A DNA stretch of 63,454 nucleotides, the filler included. It is 5 parts of 5 records of this genome, joined end to end, with 100 filler letters (N's around TTAATTAATTAA, not from the genome) between each part and the next. Parts side by side here need not be neighbours in the genome. Positions count along the whole stretch, not along the records: positions 1 to 17,535 come from SRR20825019_308; 4 more parts are not named here. The stretch is one strand, 5' to 3'. The notes under the pieces were generated by a model. It did not search any database and was not told the origin of the DNA. It saw only the letters and a program-made list of their open reading frames with translations. Position numbers and translations under genes: made by a program. Shown piece after piece: positions 1 through 10,767 of this stretch. Each line of letters begins with the position of its first letter. Position 1 is the first letter of the stretch.

Positions 1-1
1 T

Positions 2-265
2 TTTATAGTGATTATAAACAGCAACAGACAAAGTTTTTTTTGCAAATTGTTGGCCTATTACATAGTCATTTAGAACATTAAAAATTTCTTTAGGAGAAGG
101 AAGTTTATTATTTTTACTAATTTTCTCACTTCTAGCTTCTTTCATAATATTTGAACATAAATCAACACATTCACTACAAATATTAGACTTACTTCCAGAT
201 ATAAATTTCTCTACTTCATTTTGGTTTTTATCACAGAATGAACATTTCATAACTTTTTTAGTCAT
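2..265 (-). CDS. clpX: ATP-dependent Clp protease ATP-binding subunit ClpX, N-terminal 88 aa (truncated by window edge; absent from ORF track)
   Basis: Manual translation [37 protein letters not shown]...[24 protein letters not shown] contains the C4 zinc finger and the Clp[18 protein letters not shown] motif. Confidence 0.95.
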   Translation of the reverse strand, partial: MTKKVMKCSFCDKNQNEVEKFISGSKSNICSECVDLCSNIMKEARSEKISKNNKLPSPKEIFNVLNDYVIGQQFAKKTLSVAVYNHYK

Positions 266-450
266 ATACAATATTTTAATGCAATTTTATAATTTCTAAA
301 TGATACATTACTATATCAAAAAAGTGAATATTATTTATATTAAAATACTTCAAAGAGTTAAAAGATATAAAATATATTTCTTATCATAACTTGATTTATA
401 GTTTTAAATAACTTAGTATGCTTACAATTAAAGTTTAATAATTACATTTT

Positions 451-750
451 ATGACAGATGTTAAAAAAATAGCTAAGCTTTCTATGCTAAGTTTTAGTGA
501 TACAGAAATAGATGAAATATCAACTGATGTTAAAGATATTATGAATTATATTAGTGTAATTAAGGAATTAGATTGTGATGATGTTGAGCCTTTAAGTTCT
601 GTTATAAATCAAAGTCTTGCATCTAGGAAAGATAATGAATTAATACAAAATCATGTAACTAAGGAAGATCTATTTTATAATGCTCCTTCTAAAGAAGAGG
701 ATGTAAATACTAATACTGTATATTTTAAAGTTCCTAAAGTAATTGAATAA
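451..750 (+). CDS. gatC: Asp-tRNA(Asn)/Glu-tRNA(Gln) amidotransferase subunit C
   Basis: VKKIAKLS N-terminus, NAP...YFKVPKVIE C-terminus, directly upstream of gatA. Confidence 0.93.
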   Translation: MTDVKKIAKLSMLSFSDTEIDEISTDVKDIMNYISVIKELDCDDVEPLSSVINQSLASRKDNELIQNHVTKEDLFYNAPSKEEDVNTNTVYFKVPKVIE

Positions 751-751
751 T

Positions 752-2233
752 ATGTTACCAGAACTACTAAAAAAAAATATAAAAGAAACGATTAATGGTT
801 TAAAAAACAAAGAATTTTCATGTAAAGAACTTGTTGAATGCCATATAGCTCAGGCAGAAAAAAATTCTTCTTTTAATACATATATTACTAAAACATTCGA
901 TCAAGCTATAACTTTAGCAGAACTCTCAGACAAAAATATTAAAAATGGAAATATTAGAAATCTTGAAGGTATACCTGTAGCTATTAAAGATAATTATTGT
1001 ACTAAAAATGTAAAAACAACTGCAGCATCTAAGATGCTAAGTAATTTTGTACCAAAATATGAATCAACTGTTACACAAAAATTAATTGACTCTGGCTCTA
1101 TTTCTATTGGTAAAACTAACATGGATGAATTTGCAATGGGTTCAACTAATAAAACAAGTTATTATGGTAGTTGTATAAATCCATGGAAAAAAAGTAACTC
1201 AAACGAAAAAATGGTACCTGGAGGTTCTTCTGGAGGTTCTGCAGTATCTGTTGCTTGTTTTGATAGTAAGGCTTCACTAGGAACTGACACAGGAGGTTCT
1301 GTTAGGCAACCTGCATCTTATACAGGTGTAGTTGGAGTAAAACCTACATATGGAAGATGTTCTAGAAACGGGATTATTGCTTTTGCAAGTTCATTAGATC
1401 AGGCTGGAGTTTTTGCAAGATCTGTTGAAGATGCAGCTTATATACTTAAAGAAATTATGGGATATGATAAAAATGATTCTACTTCTTTAAATGTTAAAGT
1501 TCCTAATTTAATAGATGCAATAAATAGTCCTGGTAAAGATATTAAAATAGGTGTTCCAAAAGAAATTTTAGAGCATGATGGTATACATCAAGATATAAAA
1601 AATAATCTACAAGATACTATAAAAATATATGAAGAAGAAGGTGCTTTAATTCATAAAATAAGTTTAAAACATGCTAAATATGCTTTACCTACATATTATA
1701 CTATTGCTCCAGCTGAAGCTTCATCAAATCTAGCCAGATATGATGGAATAAGATTTGGATTTAGAGATAATAATGAAGAGTTAAATTTGGCTGATATGTA
1801 CACATCATCAAGAACTAGAGGTTTTGGTAAAGAGGTAAAAAGGAGAATTATGATAGGAACTAATGTATTATGTTCTGGATTTATGGATGCATATTATATA
1901 AAGGCTCAGAAAGTTAGAAGATTAATTTATAATGATTTTAAAAATGCATTTCAAGAACTAGATGCTATATTGCTGCCAACAGCCCCAACAACTAGTTTTG
2001 AAATTAATAAGGAAGAACATAATCCTATTGAGGTATATCTTAATGATTTACTAACCATACCAGCAAGTTTAGCTGGTATGCCTTGCATTTCTATACCATC
2101 TGGGTTTAGTAGTTTAGGTATGCCGATTGGTATGCAAATAATTACTAATAGTTTAGATGAGTATAATCTATTTAAAATATCATCTCTACTAGAGAAAAAT
2201 CTAAATTATAATTTTATACCAAATAATCTATGA
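752..2233 (+). CDS. gatA: Amidotransferase subunit A
   Basis: Amidase signature [32 protein letters not shown] at 752 preferred over TTG at 743. Confidence 0.97.
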   Translation: MLPELLKKNIKETINGLKNKEFSCKELVECHIAQAEKNSSFNTYITKTFDQAITLAELSDKNIKNGNIRNLEGIPVAIKDNYCTKNVKTTAASKMLSNFVPKYESTVTQKLIDSGSISIGKTNMDEFAMGSTNKTSYYGSCINPWKKSNSNEKMVPGGSSGGSAVSVACFDSKASLGTDTGGSVRQPASYTGVVGVKPTYGRCSRNGIIAFASSLDQAGVFARSVEDAAYILKEIMGYDKNDSTSLNVKVPNLIDAINSPGKDIKIGVPKEILEHDGIHQDIKNNLQDTIKIYEEEGALIHKISLKHAKYALPTYYTIAPAEASSNLARYDGIRFGFRDNNEELNLADMYTSSRTRGFGKEVKRRIMIGTNVLCSGFMDAYYIKAQKVRRLIYNDFKNAFQELDAILLPTAPTTSFEINKEEHNPIEVYLNDLLTIPASLAGMPCISIPSGFSSLGMPIGMQIITNSLDEYNLFKISSLLEKNLNYNFIPNNL

Positions 2234-3693
2234 ATTACATTGATGGGAAAAAAGGAAGATATTACTATGTAATAGGCCTTGAGACACATGCTCAAATTAC
2301 ATCATCTACAAAATTATTTTCAAGTAGTAAATGTAATTATGGCTCTAAAGCTAATAGTTTAGTGAATTTCTTTGATATAGCAAGCCCTGGAAGTTTGCCT
2401 GTACTTAATGAATTATGTCTTCACCAAGCTATTAAGACAGGTTTAGGTCTTAACGCTAAAATTAATTTATTCTCAGCTTTTGACAGAAAGAACTATTTTT
2501 ACGCAGACCTACCTTCAGGATATCAAATTACTCAGTTTTATCATCCAATAGCTATAAACGGACATCTCAATATAGAAGATGAATTAGGTAATATTAAGAA
2601 AATAAATATAAATAGATTGCATATTGAACAAGACGCTGGAAAAAGTACCCATGATATTTTAGATAATCATACTTTACTTGATTATAATAGATCAGGAATT
2701 GGTCTTATGGAAATAGTTACTGAACCTGAAATTAGTTCACCAGAGGAAGCAGCAAATTATTTAAAAAAACTTAGAACAATATTAAAATATATAGGTAGTT
2801 GCGATGCAGATATGGAAAAAGGTTCTTTGAGATGTGATGCTAATGTTTCTGTTAGAAAAGAGGGTCAGCCTTTAGGTACAAGATGTGAAATAAAAAATCT
2901 TAATTCAATTAGGAATATGATTAAGGCAATTGAGTATGAAGCTGAAAGACAAGTAGAAATTTTAGAGTCAGGAAGAGAAATTGATCAAGAAACAAGATTA
3001 TTTGATGCTAACAATAATGTAACTAGATCTATGAGATCAAAAGAAGAGGCAAATGATTATAGGTATTTTCCAGATCCAGATTTACTGCCAGTAAATATAT
3101 CAAAAGATTTAGTTAACCAAATCAAAAGTAATTTACCAGAACTTCCTGATAATAAAATTAATAGATATGTAAAAGAATATAATTTAAACAAAATAGATGC
3201 TACTATTATTTCGTCAGAATTAGAAATAGCTAATTATTTTGAAAAAGGTGTAAAAGATTGTATTGAGCCAAAAAGTTTTGCAAGTTGGATAATTGTGGAA
3301 TTATTTTCATATATGAATAAAAATAATACAAGTATTAATGATCTTAAATTTAATGTAAATGAATTTGTTGATCTTGTTAATATGATTAGTAAAGATATTA
3401 TTTCAGGAAAAATAGCTAAAATAGTATTTGAAGAGATGTTTAATACTGGAATGAATCCAAATGAAATTATAAGAATCAAAAATCTAGATCAAATATCAGA
3501 TAAATCATTAATATCATCAGCTGTAAAAAAAATATTAGATCAAAATCAAGATTCTGTTAAATTATACTTATCAGGAAAAGATAAACTTTTAGGGTTTTTT
3601 GTAGGGCAAGTTATGAAAGAAACTAAAGGTAAAGCTAACCCTAAGATAGTTAATCAAATAATTAATGAAGAATTAAAAAATTACAAGAAATAA
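2230..3693 (+). CDS. gatB: Amidotransferase subunit B
   Basis: [51 protein letters not shown]. Confidence 0.97.
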   Translation: MNYIDGKKGRYYYVIGLETHAQITSSTKLFSSSKCNYGSKANSLVNFFDIASPGSLPVLNELCLHQAIKTGLGLNAKINLFSAFDRKNYFYADLPSGYQITQFYHPIAINGHLNIEDELGNIKKININRLHIEQDAGKSTHDILDNHTLLDYNRSGIGLMEIVTEPEISSPEEAANYLKKLRTILKYIGSCDADMEKGSLRCDANVSVRKEGQPLGTRCEIKNLNSIRNMIKAIEYEAERQVEILESGREIDQETRLFDANNNVTRSMRSKEEANDYRYFPDPDLLPVNISKDLVNQIKSNLPELPDNKINRYVKEYNLNKIDATIISSELEIANYFEKGVKDCIEPKSFASWIIVELFSYMNKNNTSINDLKFNVNEFVDLVNMISKDIISGKIAKIVFEEMFNTGMNPNEIIRIKNLDQISDKSLISSAVKKILDQNQDSVKLYLSGKDKLLGFFVGQVMKETKGKANPKIVNQIINEELKNYKK

Positions 3694-3697
3694 TTCA

Positions 3698-4183
3698 ATG
3701 AAAAATATTTGGCTAATGAGACATGCTCATGCTGAAAATGGAATAAATGATTTTGAAAGGAATATATCTAAAATAGGAATAGATGAATCATATAGAGCCA
3801 AAAATTTTTTAAGTAATTGCATGATTGATTTATGTTTATGTTCTCCTTCAAAAAGAACTAAGCAAACTGCAAATATTGTAATGTCAAATTTTAACAATTC
3901 TAAAATAATATTTTGTAATGAGATTTATAACGGAAATTATAAAAATATAATTAGTATTATTGAAAAATTAAGTGATAATATAAGTAATTTGTTAATTATA
4001 GGTCATAATCCTCATATACATGATATAATCATAACTCTTTCTCCTACATATAATACAAAAAATTTATACATAAATAATACAACAATAATAATTTTAGAAT
4101 CTAAAGAAAATTCATGGAGCATGAGCGTTAAAGGTAATTACTCAATTATTGGAAAGTATGATAAATATGACTGTAATAATTAA
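3698..4183 (+). CDS. SixA-like histidine phosphatase
   Basis: LMRHAHA, SPSKRTKQTA, IIGHNP motifs of the histidine phosphatase superfamily. Confidence 0.85.
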   Translation: MKNIWLMRHAHAENGINDFERNISKIGIDESYRAKNFLSNCMIDLCLCSPSKRTKQTANIVMSNFNNSKIIFCNEIYNGNYKNIISIIEKLSDNISNLLIIGHNPHIHDIIITLSPTYNTKNLYINNTTIIILESKENSWSMSVKGNYSIIGKYDKYDCNN

Positions 4184-4197
4184 TTTATTAAACTAAA

Positions 4198-4659
4198 TTA
4201 ATTATTAATTTTTTTAATTTCATTATTTATTAGTGATATTTCATCACACATTCTATCTATTTCAATAACATCTACTTCTTTGCTTAATATCCACTTAAAG
4301 CTATTCTTTATTACATCTAATATGTCTAATAAAAATCTACTAGTATAGCTTGTATTTTTTCTTTTATTTAAGTGGTCAATTATTTTATTTGCGTAGTTTT
4401 TTACAATCTTTGATTGATTATTATTTATGTCAATATATTCATCAAGCGTATTATTAATAAAATTAATATAAATAGCTGAGTTATTTGTTCTTGATAATAA
4501 TCTAGCTATTCTATAATGAGGTATGTTATTTTTACTAAAAAGTAGAATTCTTTCAATGTTATAGTTTGGAAAAATTCTAGAGTTTTCTTCTAAATCTTTT
4601 TTATAAATATCTTTTAATATTAAAGATTTAGTCTGATTAACTAAATTATTATAAACCAT
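4198..4659 (-). CDS. Hypothetical protein
   Basis: 153-aa ORF filling the gap in stop-rich AT-rich DNA; no recognisable motif. Confidence 0.6.
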   Translation of the reverse strand: MVYNNLVNQTKSLILKDIYKKDLEENSRIFPNYNIERILLFSKNNIPHYRIARLLSRTNNSAIYINFINNTLDEYIDINNNQSKIVKNYANKIIDHLNKRKNTSYTSRFLLDILDVIKNSFKWILSKEVDVIEIDRMCDEISLINNEIKKINN

Positions 4660-4729
4660 AAAATTACTTAAAATAATTACTAAATTAAAAAATATTATCT
4701 TATCTACATATTTTTAGTAAATAGTCAAT

Positions 4730-5245
4730 TTATTTATTGGGGCTTAAAATTAAAACTATATGATTTCCTTCCATTTTAGGACCATGTTCTATTTTAGAAA
4801 ATTCTTCTAAAGCTTTAATTACTTTATCTAATAGCTCAAATCCAATTTTATTATGAACAATTTCCCTACCTCTAAACCACACTGTTAGTTTAACTTTATT
4901 TCCTTCTTTAATAAATTTATCGACATGTTTTAATTTAACATTGAAATCATTTTGACCAATATTAGGCCTTAACTTGATTTCTTTAAGAGAAACTGTTTTT
5001 TGCCTTTTTTTATTTAGTTGTATTTTCTTTTTAATACCATATTTATACTTTCCAAAATCTAAAATTTTACATACTGGGGGTTTTGTATTTGGAGAAATTT
5101 CAACTAAATCAAGTTTTTGCTCTTTAGCCATTTCTAATGCTTTTTTTGTGTTAAACTCTCCTAGTAAAATACCCTCTTGATCAATTAATTTAATTTTATC
5201 TGCTTCAATTTCATTATTAATTTTTGGAAGTTTGGTTTGTGTCAT
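4730..5245 (-). CDS. infC: Translation initiation factor IF-3
   Basis: LDLVEISPNTKPPVCKILDFGKYKY, KEIKLRPNI, FRGRE. Confidence 0.96.
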   Translation of the reverse strand: MTQTKLPKINNEIEADKIKLIDQEGILLGEFNTKKALEMAKEQKLDLVEISPNTKPPVCKILDFGKYKYGIKKKIQLNKKRQKTVSLKEIKLRPNIGQNDFNVKLKHVDKFIKEGNKVKLTVWFRGREIVHNKIGFELLDKVIKALEEFSKIEHGPKMEGNHIVLILSPNK

Positions 5246-5307
5246 TAATATTTATATTTAATTTATTTCTAATATTTCAATTTATTACTACTAATATATC
5301 TAATTTA

Positions 5308-7215
5308 CTAACTAAATTTTTTTGATTCCTTATTAATTAATTCAATTAGTGAATTTATATCTAGTTCTTTACTGGTATCGCTACCATGCATTCTTAAAGA
5401 AATCATGTTGGAGTTCTCTTCGGATTTACCAACTACTCCAATAAGGGGTATTTTCTTTCTAAACGCATTTCTTATTTTATAACTAATCTTTTCTGCAGAA
5501 ATGTCAAGTTCAGATCTTATAGATCTGTCAATTAATATATTTTGAATATTTTTTGCATAATTTTCTGTTTTATCAGAAATACTACATATTACTATCTGAA
5601 CTGGTGCAAGCCAAATAGGAAATTTACCACTATATTGTTCAATCAAAATACCTATAAATCTCTCAAAAGAGCCAAAAATTGCTCTATGTAACATAACTGG
5701 TACTTTTTTTTCACCATTATTATCAATATAATTTGCTTTTAATCTTTTAGGTAGAACTAAATCTATTTGAATAGTTCCACATTGCCATTCTCTATTTATT
5801 GCATCTTTAAGAACATATTCTAATTTGGGCCCATAAAAAGCTCCCTCACCTTTGTTTATTGAATAATCATAATTTAGGGCTTTTACAGCATCTATGAGTG
5901 CAGACTCGGATTGATCCCATACTTCGTCACTACCAGCTCTGACTTTTGGTCTATCAGAAAATCTTATTTTAATATCCTTAAAACCAAAATCTTTATATAC
6001 CTTAAATAGTAAATTACTGAATTTAATTACTTCACTAGTTACTTGCTCTTGAGTACAAAATATATGAGCATCATCTTGAATAAAATTATTTACTCTCATA
6101 AGACCATGTAAAGCACCAGTATGTTCCTTTCTGTAACAGCTTCCATATTCAAACAATCTCAAAGGCATGTCTTTATAGCTTCTTGTTCCTTTGTTAAAAA
6201 TTTGTATGTGACATGGACAGTTCATAGGCTTTAAAGAATATATCTTTTTATCCACCTCTAAACTATACATATTATCTTGAAATTTTGACCAATGGCCTGA
6301 ATCTTCCCATAATTTTCTGTCAGCCATTTGAGGAGTTTTTACTTCTTTATAGCCGTCTTTAATTAATAATACCCTTAAATATTCTTGAATCTTATTATAT
6401 ATAAAAGAACCATTAGGATGCCAATATGCCATCCCTTGTGATTCTTCTTGAAAGTGAAATAACTCAAGTAATTTACCCAATTTTCTATGATCTCTATTTT
6501 CAGCTTCTTTTAAGAAAGTTAGATAATTTTCAAGATCTTGTTTTGAAGCCCATGCTGTACCATATATTCTTTGAAGCATTACATTATTACTATCTCCCTT
6601 CCAATAAGCTCCAGCAAGTTTCATTAGTTTAAAATATTTTATTCTACCAGTTGATGGTGAATGAGGTCCTCTACATAAATCAAGAAATTCACCTTGCTTA
6701 TATATTGTAATTATTTCATTATCAGGTAATGAATCTATAATTTCTGCTTTGTAATTTTCTTTAATTGATTTAAAATAATTAATTGCTTCAATTTTATTCC
6801 AAACTTGTCTTTCAAATTTAAGATTCCTTTTAGAAATCTCCAACATTTTATTTTCAATTATTTCTAAGTCACTTTCATGAAATGGCTCTTCTTTATAAAA
6901 ATCATAATAAAAACCATTTTCAATAGAAGGTCCTATTGTAACCTGTATATCTTGAAATAATTCTTTACAAGCTTGAGCTAAAATATGTGCAGCATCATGT
7001 CTGATTATATCAAGTCCTATAGGGTCTTTTTCAGTTATTATTTTAATAGAGGAAGAAGTATGGATCTTAGTGTCTAAATCATATAATTTATCATTTATTT
7101 CTATTGCTATAGCGGATTTAAGCAACGATTTAGATATAGAGCTTGCAATTTCTTCTCCAGAAATCCCTGTATTAAATTCTTTTTTATCTCCACTAGGAAA
7201 AGTTATTGTAATCAT
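5308..7215 (-). CDS. thrS: Threonine--tRNA ligase
   Basis: TGS domain, RHDAAH, DLCRGPH, RDHRKLG, KPMNCP, GAFYGPK, HRAIFGSFERF; start probably ATG 7215 (ORF track extends to 7245). Confidence 0.97.
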   Translation of the reverse strand: MITITFPSGDKKEFNTGISGEEIASSISKSLLKSAIAIEINDKLYDLDTKIHTSSSIKIITEKDPIGLDIIRHDAAHILAQACKELFQDIQVTIGPSIENGFYYDFYKEEPFHESDLEIIENKMLEISKRNLKFERQVWNKIEAINYFKSIKENYKAEIIDSLPDNEIITIYKQGEFLDLCRGPHSPSTGRIKYFKLMKLAGAYWKGDSNNVMLQRIYGTAWASKQDLENYLTFLKEAENRDHRKLGKLLELFHFQEESQGMAYWHPNGSFIYNKIQEYLRVLLIKDGYKEVKTPQMADRKLWEDSGHWSKFQDNMYSLEVDKKIYSLKPMNCPCHIQIFNKGTRSYKDMPLRLFEYGSCYRKEHTGALHGLMRVNNFIQDDAHIFCTQEQVTSEVIKFSNLLFKVYKDFGFKDIKIRFSDRPKVRAGSDEVWDQSESALIDAVKALNYDYSINKGEGAFYGPKLEYVLKDAINREWQCGTIQIDLVLPKRLKANYIDNNGEKKVPVMLHRAIFGSFERFIGILIEQYSGKFPIWLAPVQIVICSISDKTENYAKNIQNILIDRSIRSELDISAEKISYKIRNAFRKKIPLIGVVGKSEENSNMISLRMHGSDTSKELDINSLIELINKESKKFS

Positions 7216-7376
7216 ATTGTAAATTCTTTTAGATATTGATAACATAGCAATTATTTTATTTTTTGCTATACTATTTGCAGTAAGTTTAATGTTTTTGCTT
7301 TAAAAAGAGAAGTTAATCAAGTTAAAGCATAAATAATTCAAATATATAACTTTTAATTAAAATACTAAATAAATAT

Positions 7377-7940
7377 ATGTTTATTCAAACAGAATCAGTT
7401 CCTAACCCAAACGCACTTAAATTTATACCTGGAATAAAAGTTAATGATAATGAACCAATTTTTTATGAAAATATTGAAGATTGTAAAAATAGTTTTTTAG
7501 CTGAAAAGCTCTTTCAAATTGATGAAGTAGTTTCTGTTTTTTTTGGAAGTGATTTTATTACAATTACAAAATCAGATAATGCAAAATGGTTAACTTTAAA
7601 GCCTGAAATATTAGTAACCATTATGGATCACTATAATAGTGGTCTTGAAACCTTTAATGAAGATATCACTAAAGATAAAGATAATAAAAACTTAACTAAG
7701 AATAAAAATATTTCTGATATAGAAAAGCAAATAATTGAAATAATTGAAACTAAAGTAAGACCAGCTGTTGCATCAGATGGAGGTGATATAGTTTATATAG
7801 GATATGATTCTGGAGTAGTTAAACTTCAAATGAAAGGTGCATGTAAAGGATGTCCAAGTTCAACAATTACCCTCAAAAATGGGATTGAATCTATGCTGAA
7901 ACATTATGTACCGGAAGTTATAGAAGTAGTATCTATTTAG
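7377..7940 (+). CDS. NifU/Nfu family Fe-S carrier protein (Nfu_N + NifU domain)
   Basis: MFIQTESVPNPNALKF N-terminus, VRPAVASDGGDI, GACKGCPSS. Confidence 0.93.
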   Translation: MFIQTESVPNPNALKFIPGIKVNDNEPIFYENIEDCKNSFLAEKLFQIDEVVSVFFGSDFITITKSDNAKWLTLKPEILVTIMDHYNSGLETFNEDITKDKDNKNLTKNKNISDIEKQIIEIIETKVRPAVASDGGDIVYIGYDSGVVKLQMKGACKGCPSSTITLKNGIESMLKHYVPEVIEVVSI

Positions 7941-7958
7941 AAGAATTATTATATATAA

Positions 7959-9161
7959 TTAATGATCTTCAGGAAAATGTAGTCTAAATCTTGTATAGGA
8001 ACCAATCTCTGATTCGCAGCTAATTTCACCATTAAATAATTCCATAACTGCTTTACAAAAGCTAAGCCCTACACCTGTGCCATTTCCACCTGAAGTATAT
8101 TTTTTAAACAAATTATTGTAAACTGCATCTATTATTCCAACACCATTATCTTCAAATATTAATTTTCTATTTTGTATAAATATTTTTATTTCAGCATGCT
8201 TACCAGCATGTCTAAATACATTTTTTAACAAATTAAGTAGTAAATGCTTAAATAACTCTTTTGAACCATAAAACTTAAAATCTGCTTCCTCATGAATTTT
8301 TATTCTTCTTTTTTCACTTTGGGATACATAGTAAGATTTTAAAGAATATTTTACTGTATCTTTCATCCAGTAATATCCAAAATCTTGAATACTTTGAATA
8401 TCACTAGTACTAGCTAGAAACAATTTTGTATCCCTAATTCCAGCAGATGCGCAAGATTTTACATTTTCAAGATCTAAAGAATTAATAATTTTTATAGGCT
8501 TATTATTATCTTCAAAAGATTTTAATTTTTCTTGAATTTGTTCTGTTTTCATTAAAATATATGCAAGTGGATCAATTGTTTCATGAGCAATTGCTCTTGC
8601 AAAAGTTTCAAGCTGAATCACATAGTTTTTTTCTTCTAATCTTCTTTTACTCAATAAAAAAAATACTATACATAAAAGAACTAAACTTGAATAAATTGCA
8701 TAATTTTGATGAACAGAAATTATCTGATCGTCAATCATTGCAGTAATAGCTTTATAAGCAATATAAGAAGAAATACTACCAATAAAAGTCAATATTAGTG
8801 CAAACCTTTTTTCTACCAATAATATAAGTAACATAATTGATAAAAAATAAGATATAATAAATCCTAAAGGATTATAAATAGATACTAATAATACAAATCC
8901 ATTTATAAAAGGTAAACAATAAGTAAGCGTAAAATACCAGAATTTTTGTAAATATTTTCTGTTTAACCAAGTTTCATTAAGTAATGATAAAACTGAGAGT
9001 AAAACACCAAATAATTCAACAGTAGTGGTAGGATTTTCATATATACCTCCATGGGTATAAAGTAATATGGTAATAGGTATATTACAGATAGCGTAAAGGA
9101 AGCTAACCATATATATATCTTGTGGATCGCTATTTGGATTTCTTGCTAAATTATGATTCAT
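7959..9161 (-). CDS. Membrane-bound sensor histidine kinase
   Basis: About six hydrophobic segments, then H-box-like IAHETIDPL, N-box NLLKN, G1 EDNGVGI, G2 GTGVGLSFCK. Confidence 0.88.
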   Translation of the reverse strand: MNHNLARNPNSDPQDIYMVSFLYAICNIPITILLYTHGGIYENPTTTVELFGVLLSVLSLLNETWLNRKYLQKFWYFTLTYCLPFINGFVLLVSIYNPLGFIISYFLSIMLLILLVEKRFALILTFIGSISSYIAYKAITAMIDDQIISVHQNYAIYSSLVLLCIVFFLLSKRRLEEKNYVIQLETFARAIAHETIDPLAYILMKTEQIQEKLKSFEDNNKPIKIINSLDLENVKSCASAGIRDTKLFLASTSDIQSIQDFGYYWMKDTVKYSLKSYYVSQSEKRRIKIHEEADFKFYGSKELFKHLLLNLLKNVFRHAGKHAEIKIFIQNRKLIFEDNGVGIIDAVYNNLFKKYTSGGNGTGVGLSFCKAVMELFNGEISCESEIGSYTRFRLHFPEDH

Positions 9162-9291
9162 TAAATTTTACTCAAATATACCTATTTTATAAGTAGCATA
9201 ATAATTTAATTAGTAAAGTATTATTTATAATTGTAAATAATTTATGAATAATATAGAATAATATTCTTTAATTGGAAATATTACAAAATAT

Positions 9292-9320
9292 TTGACTATT
9301 ACAAAAAATAGGTATATATT
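9292..9320 (+). promoter_or_regulatory. Putative sigma70 promoter of the symporter gene
   Basis: TTGACT-17 bp-TATATT, ending 26 nt before the ATG at 9347; AT-rich background lowers specificity. Confidence 0.5.
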
Positions 9321-9346
9321 ACAACAAAAATAAAATAATTTACATT

Positions 9347-10744
9347 ATGAACTCAATAGATATTTCAATTGTAGCAATATATTTTGCACTATGTCTTGGA
9401 TTTGCATTTAATAAACTATCAGAAATAAAAACTCTTGAAGAGTATACTCTAGGTAATAAGAGAGGTTTTTCACTAATAGTTCTAGTTGCAACTATTTTTG
9501 CAACAGGAATAAGTGCAAACACTATTTTAGGTAACATAGAAAAAATACATCAAACAGGTTTAATATATGTAATACCAATGTGTTTTTTACCATTATATTG
9601 GTTGCTAACAGGATTAGTATTTGGAAAAAATGCTGAACAATTCAGGGGTTGTATATCTAATAGTGATATTATGGATAATCTTTATGGAAAGTATGCAAGA
9701 ATAATAATTAATATATGTAATATAATAAAAGCTATTGGAATGCTTAGTGTACAAGCTACTGCTATTGGATATTTATTTAAATATTTCTTTGATTTTGACT
9801 ATAAAACTGGGGTTTTAATAGGTTTCGGTACTTTAAGTTTATATTCAACTATAGGCGGAATTAAAGCAGTTGCTATTACTGATGTTTTTCAATTTTGTGT
9901 TTTTGCTGTAGCCTTTCCTATTGCTTGCGGCTCAGCATTAAGTGATATTGGTGGAGTTTCAGGACTATTAACTTCATTACCCAAAGAACATTTAAGTATT
10001 ATTAATAACCCAGAAGATGTAGCATTAGTGACATGTCTCGTATTGTATGCTCTCGTTCCTACAGCTAGTGCTCCTTATATTCAACGTTTATTAATAGGAA
10101 GAAACTCAAGACAGTTATTAGTTGCATTTAGTCTTGTTTCAATATTATCACTTTTATTTTTAGCTATAATTATGCTTATTTCGTTTGTTATGAAAATACA
10201 ATCTCCGGAAGTTAGCGCAAAATTAGTATTTTATCATTTTATAGCAAACTATCTACCTCATGGTTTAATAGGTCTTATGGTTTCAGCTATGCTTGCAGTA
10301 ATTATGTCTACAGCAGATTCATGGTTAAATACAACAAGTAGTATTATAGCTAGAGATGTAATAGTACCTTTTTTTGGGAATATATCTTCAAAAAGAGAAG
10401 TAAACCTTGCAAGAGCTAGTTCTATTTTAATATCATTGATTGCATCAATAATAGCTATGAAAGAATATTCTATCAAAAATATAGTTTTCTTTGTTGCTAA
10501 TTTCTGGGAACCAATAGTTTTATTCCCATTAATTGCAGGTTTTTTAGGATATAGAACTAAAAAAATAACATTTTATTCTAGTGCTATAACTGGAGTATCT
10601 ACTGCAGTTTTAAGTAAGTTTTTTGTATTTGGCTTTTATGGTCCAAAAACAGTTATCTCTGGAATAATAGGAAGTGGAATTTGTTTTGTAATAACTTATC
10701 TTTTAGTTAAGAATCTTGAAGATAATAGAAAAGAATTAGCATAA
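9347..10744 (+). CDS. Sodium:solute symporter (SLC5/PutP-like)
   Basis: Polytopic membrane protein with GGIKAVAITDVFQF, YIQRLL, LAVIMSTADSWLN. Confidence 0.92.
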   Translation: MNSIDISIVAIYFALCLGFAFNKLSEIKTLEEYTLGNKRGFSLIVLVATIFATGISANTILGNIEKIHQTGLIYVIPMCFLPLYWLLTGLVFGKNAEQFRGCISNSDIMDNLYGKYARIIINICNIIKAIGMLSVQATAIGYLFKYFFDFDYKTGVLIGFGTLSLYSTIGGIKAVAITDVFQFCVFAVAFPIACGSALSDIGGVSGLLTSLPKEHLSIINNPEDVALVTCLVLYALVPTASAPYIQRLLIGRNSRQLLVAFSLVSILSLLFLAIIMLISFVMKIQSPEVSAKLVFYHFIANYLPHGLIGLMVSAMLAVIMSTADSWLNTTSSIIARDVIVPFFGNISSKREVNLARASSILISLIASIIAMKEYSIKNIVFFVANFWEPIVLFPLIAGFLGYRTKKITFYSSAITGVSTAVLSKFFVFGFYGPKTVISGIIGSGICFVITYLLVKNLEDNRKELA

Positions 10745-10767
10745 GAACCTCTGTAAAATTCTACAAT

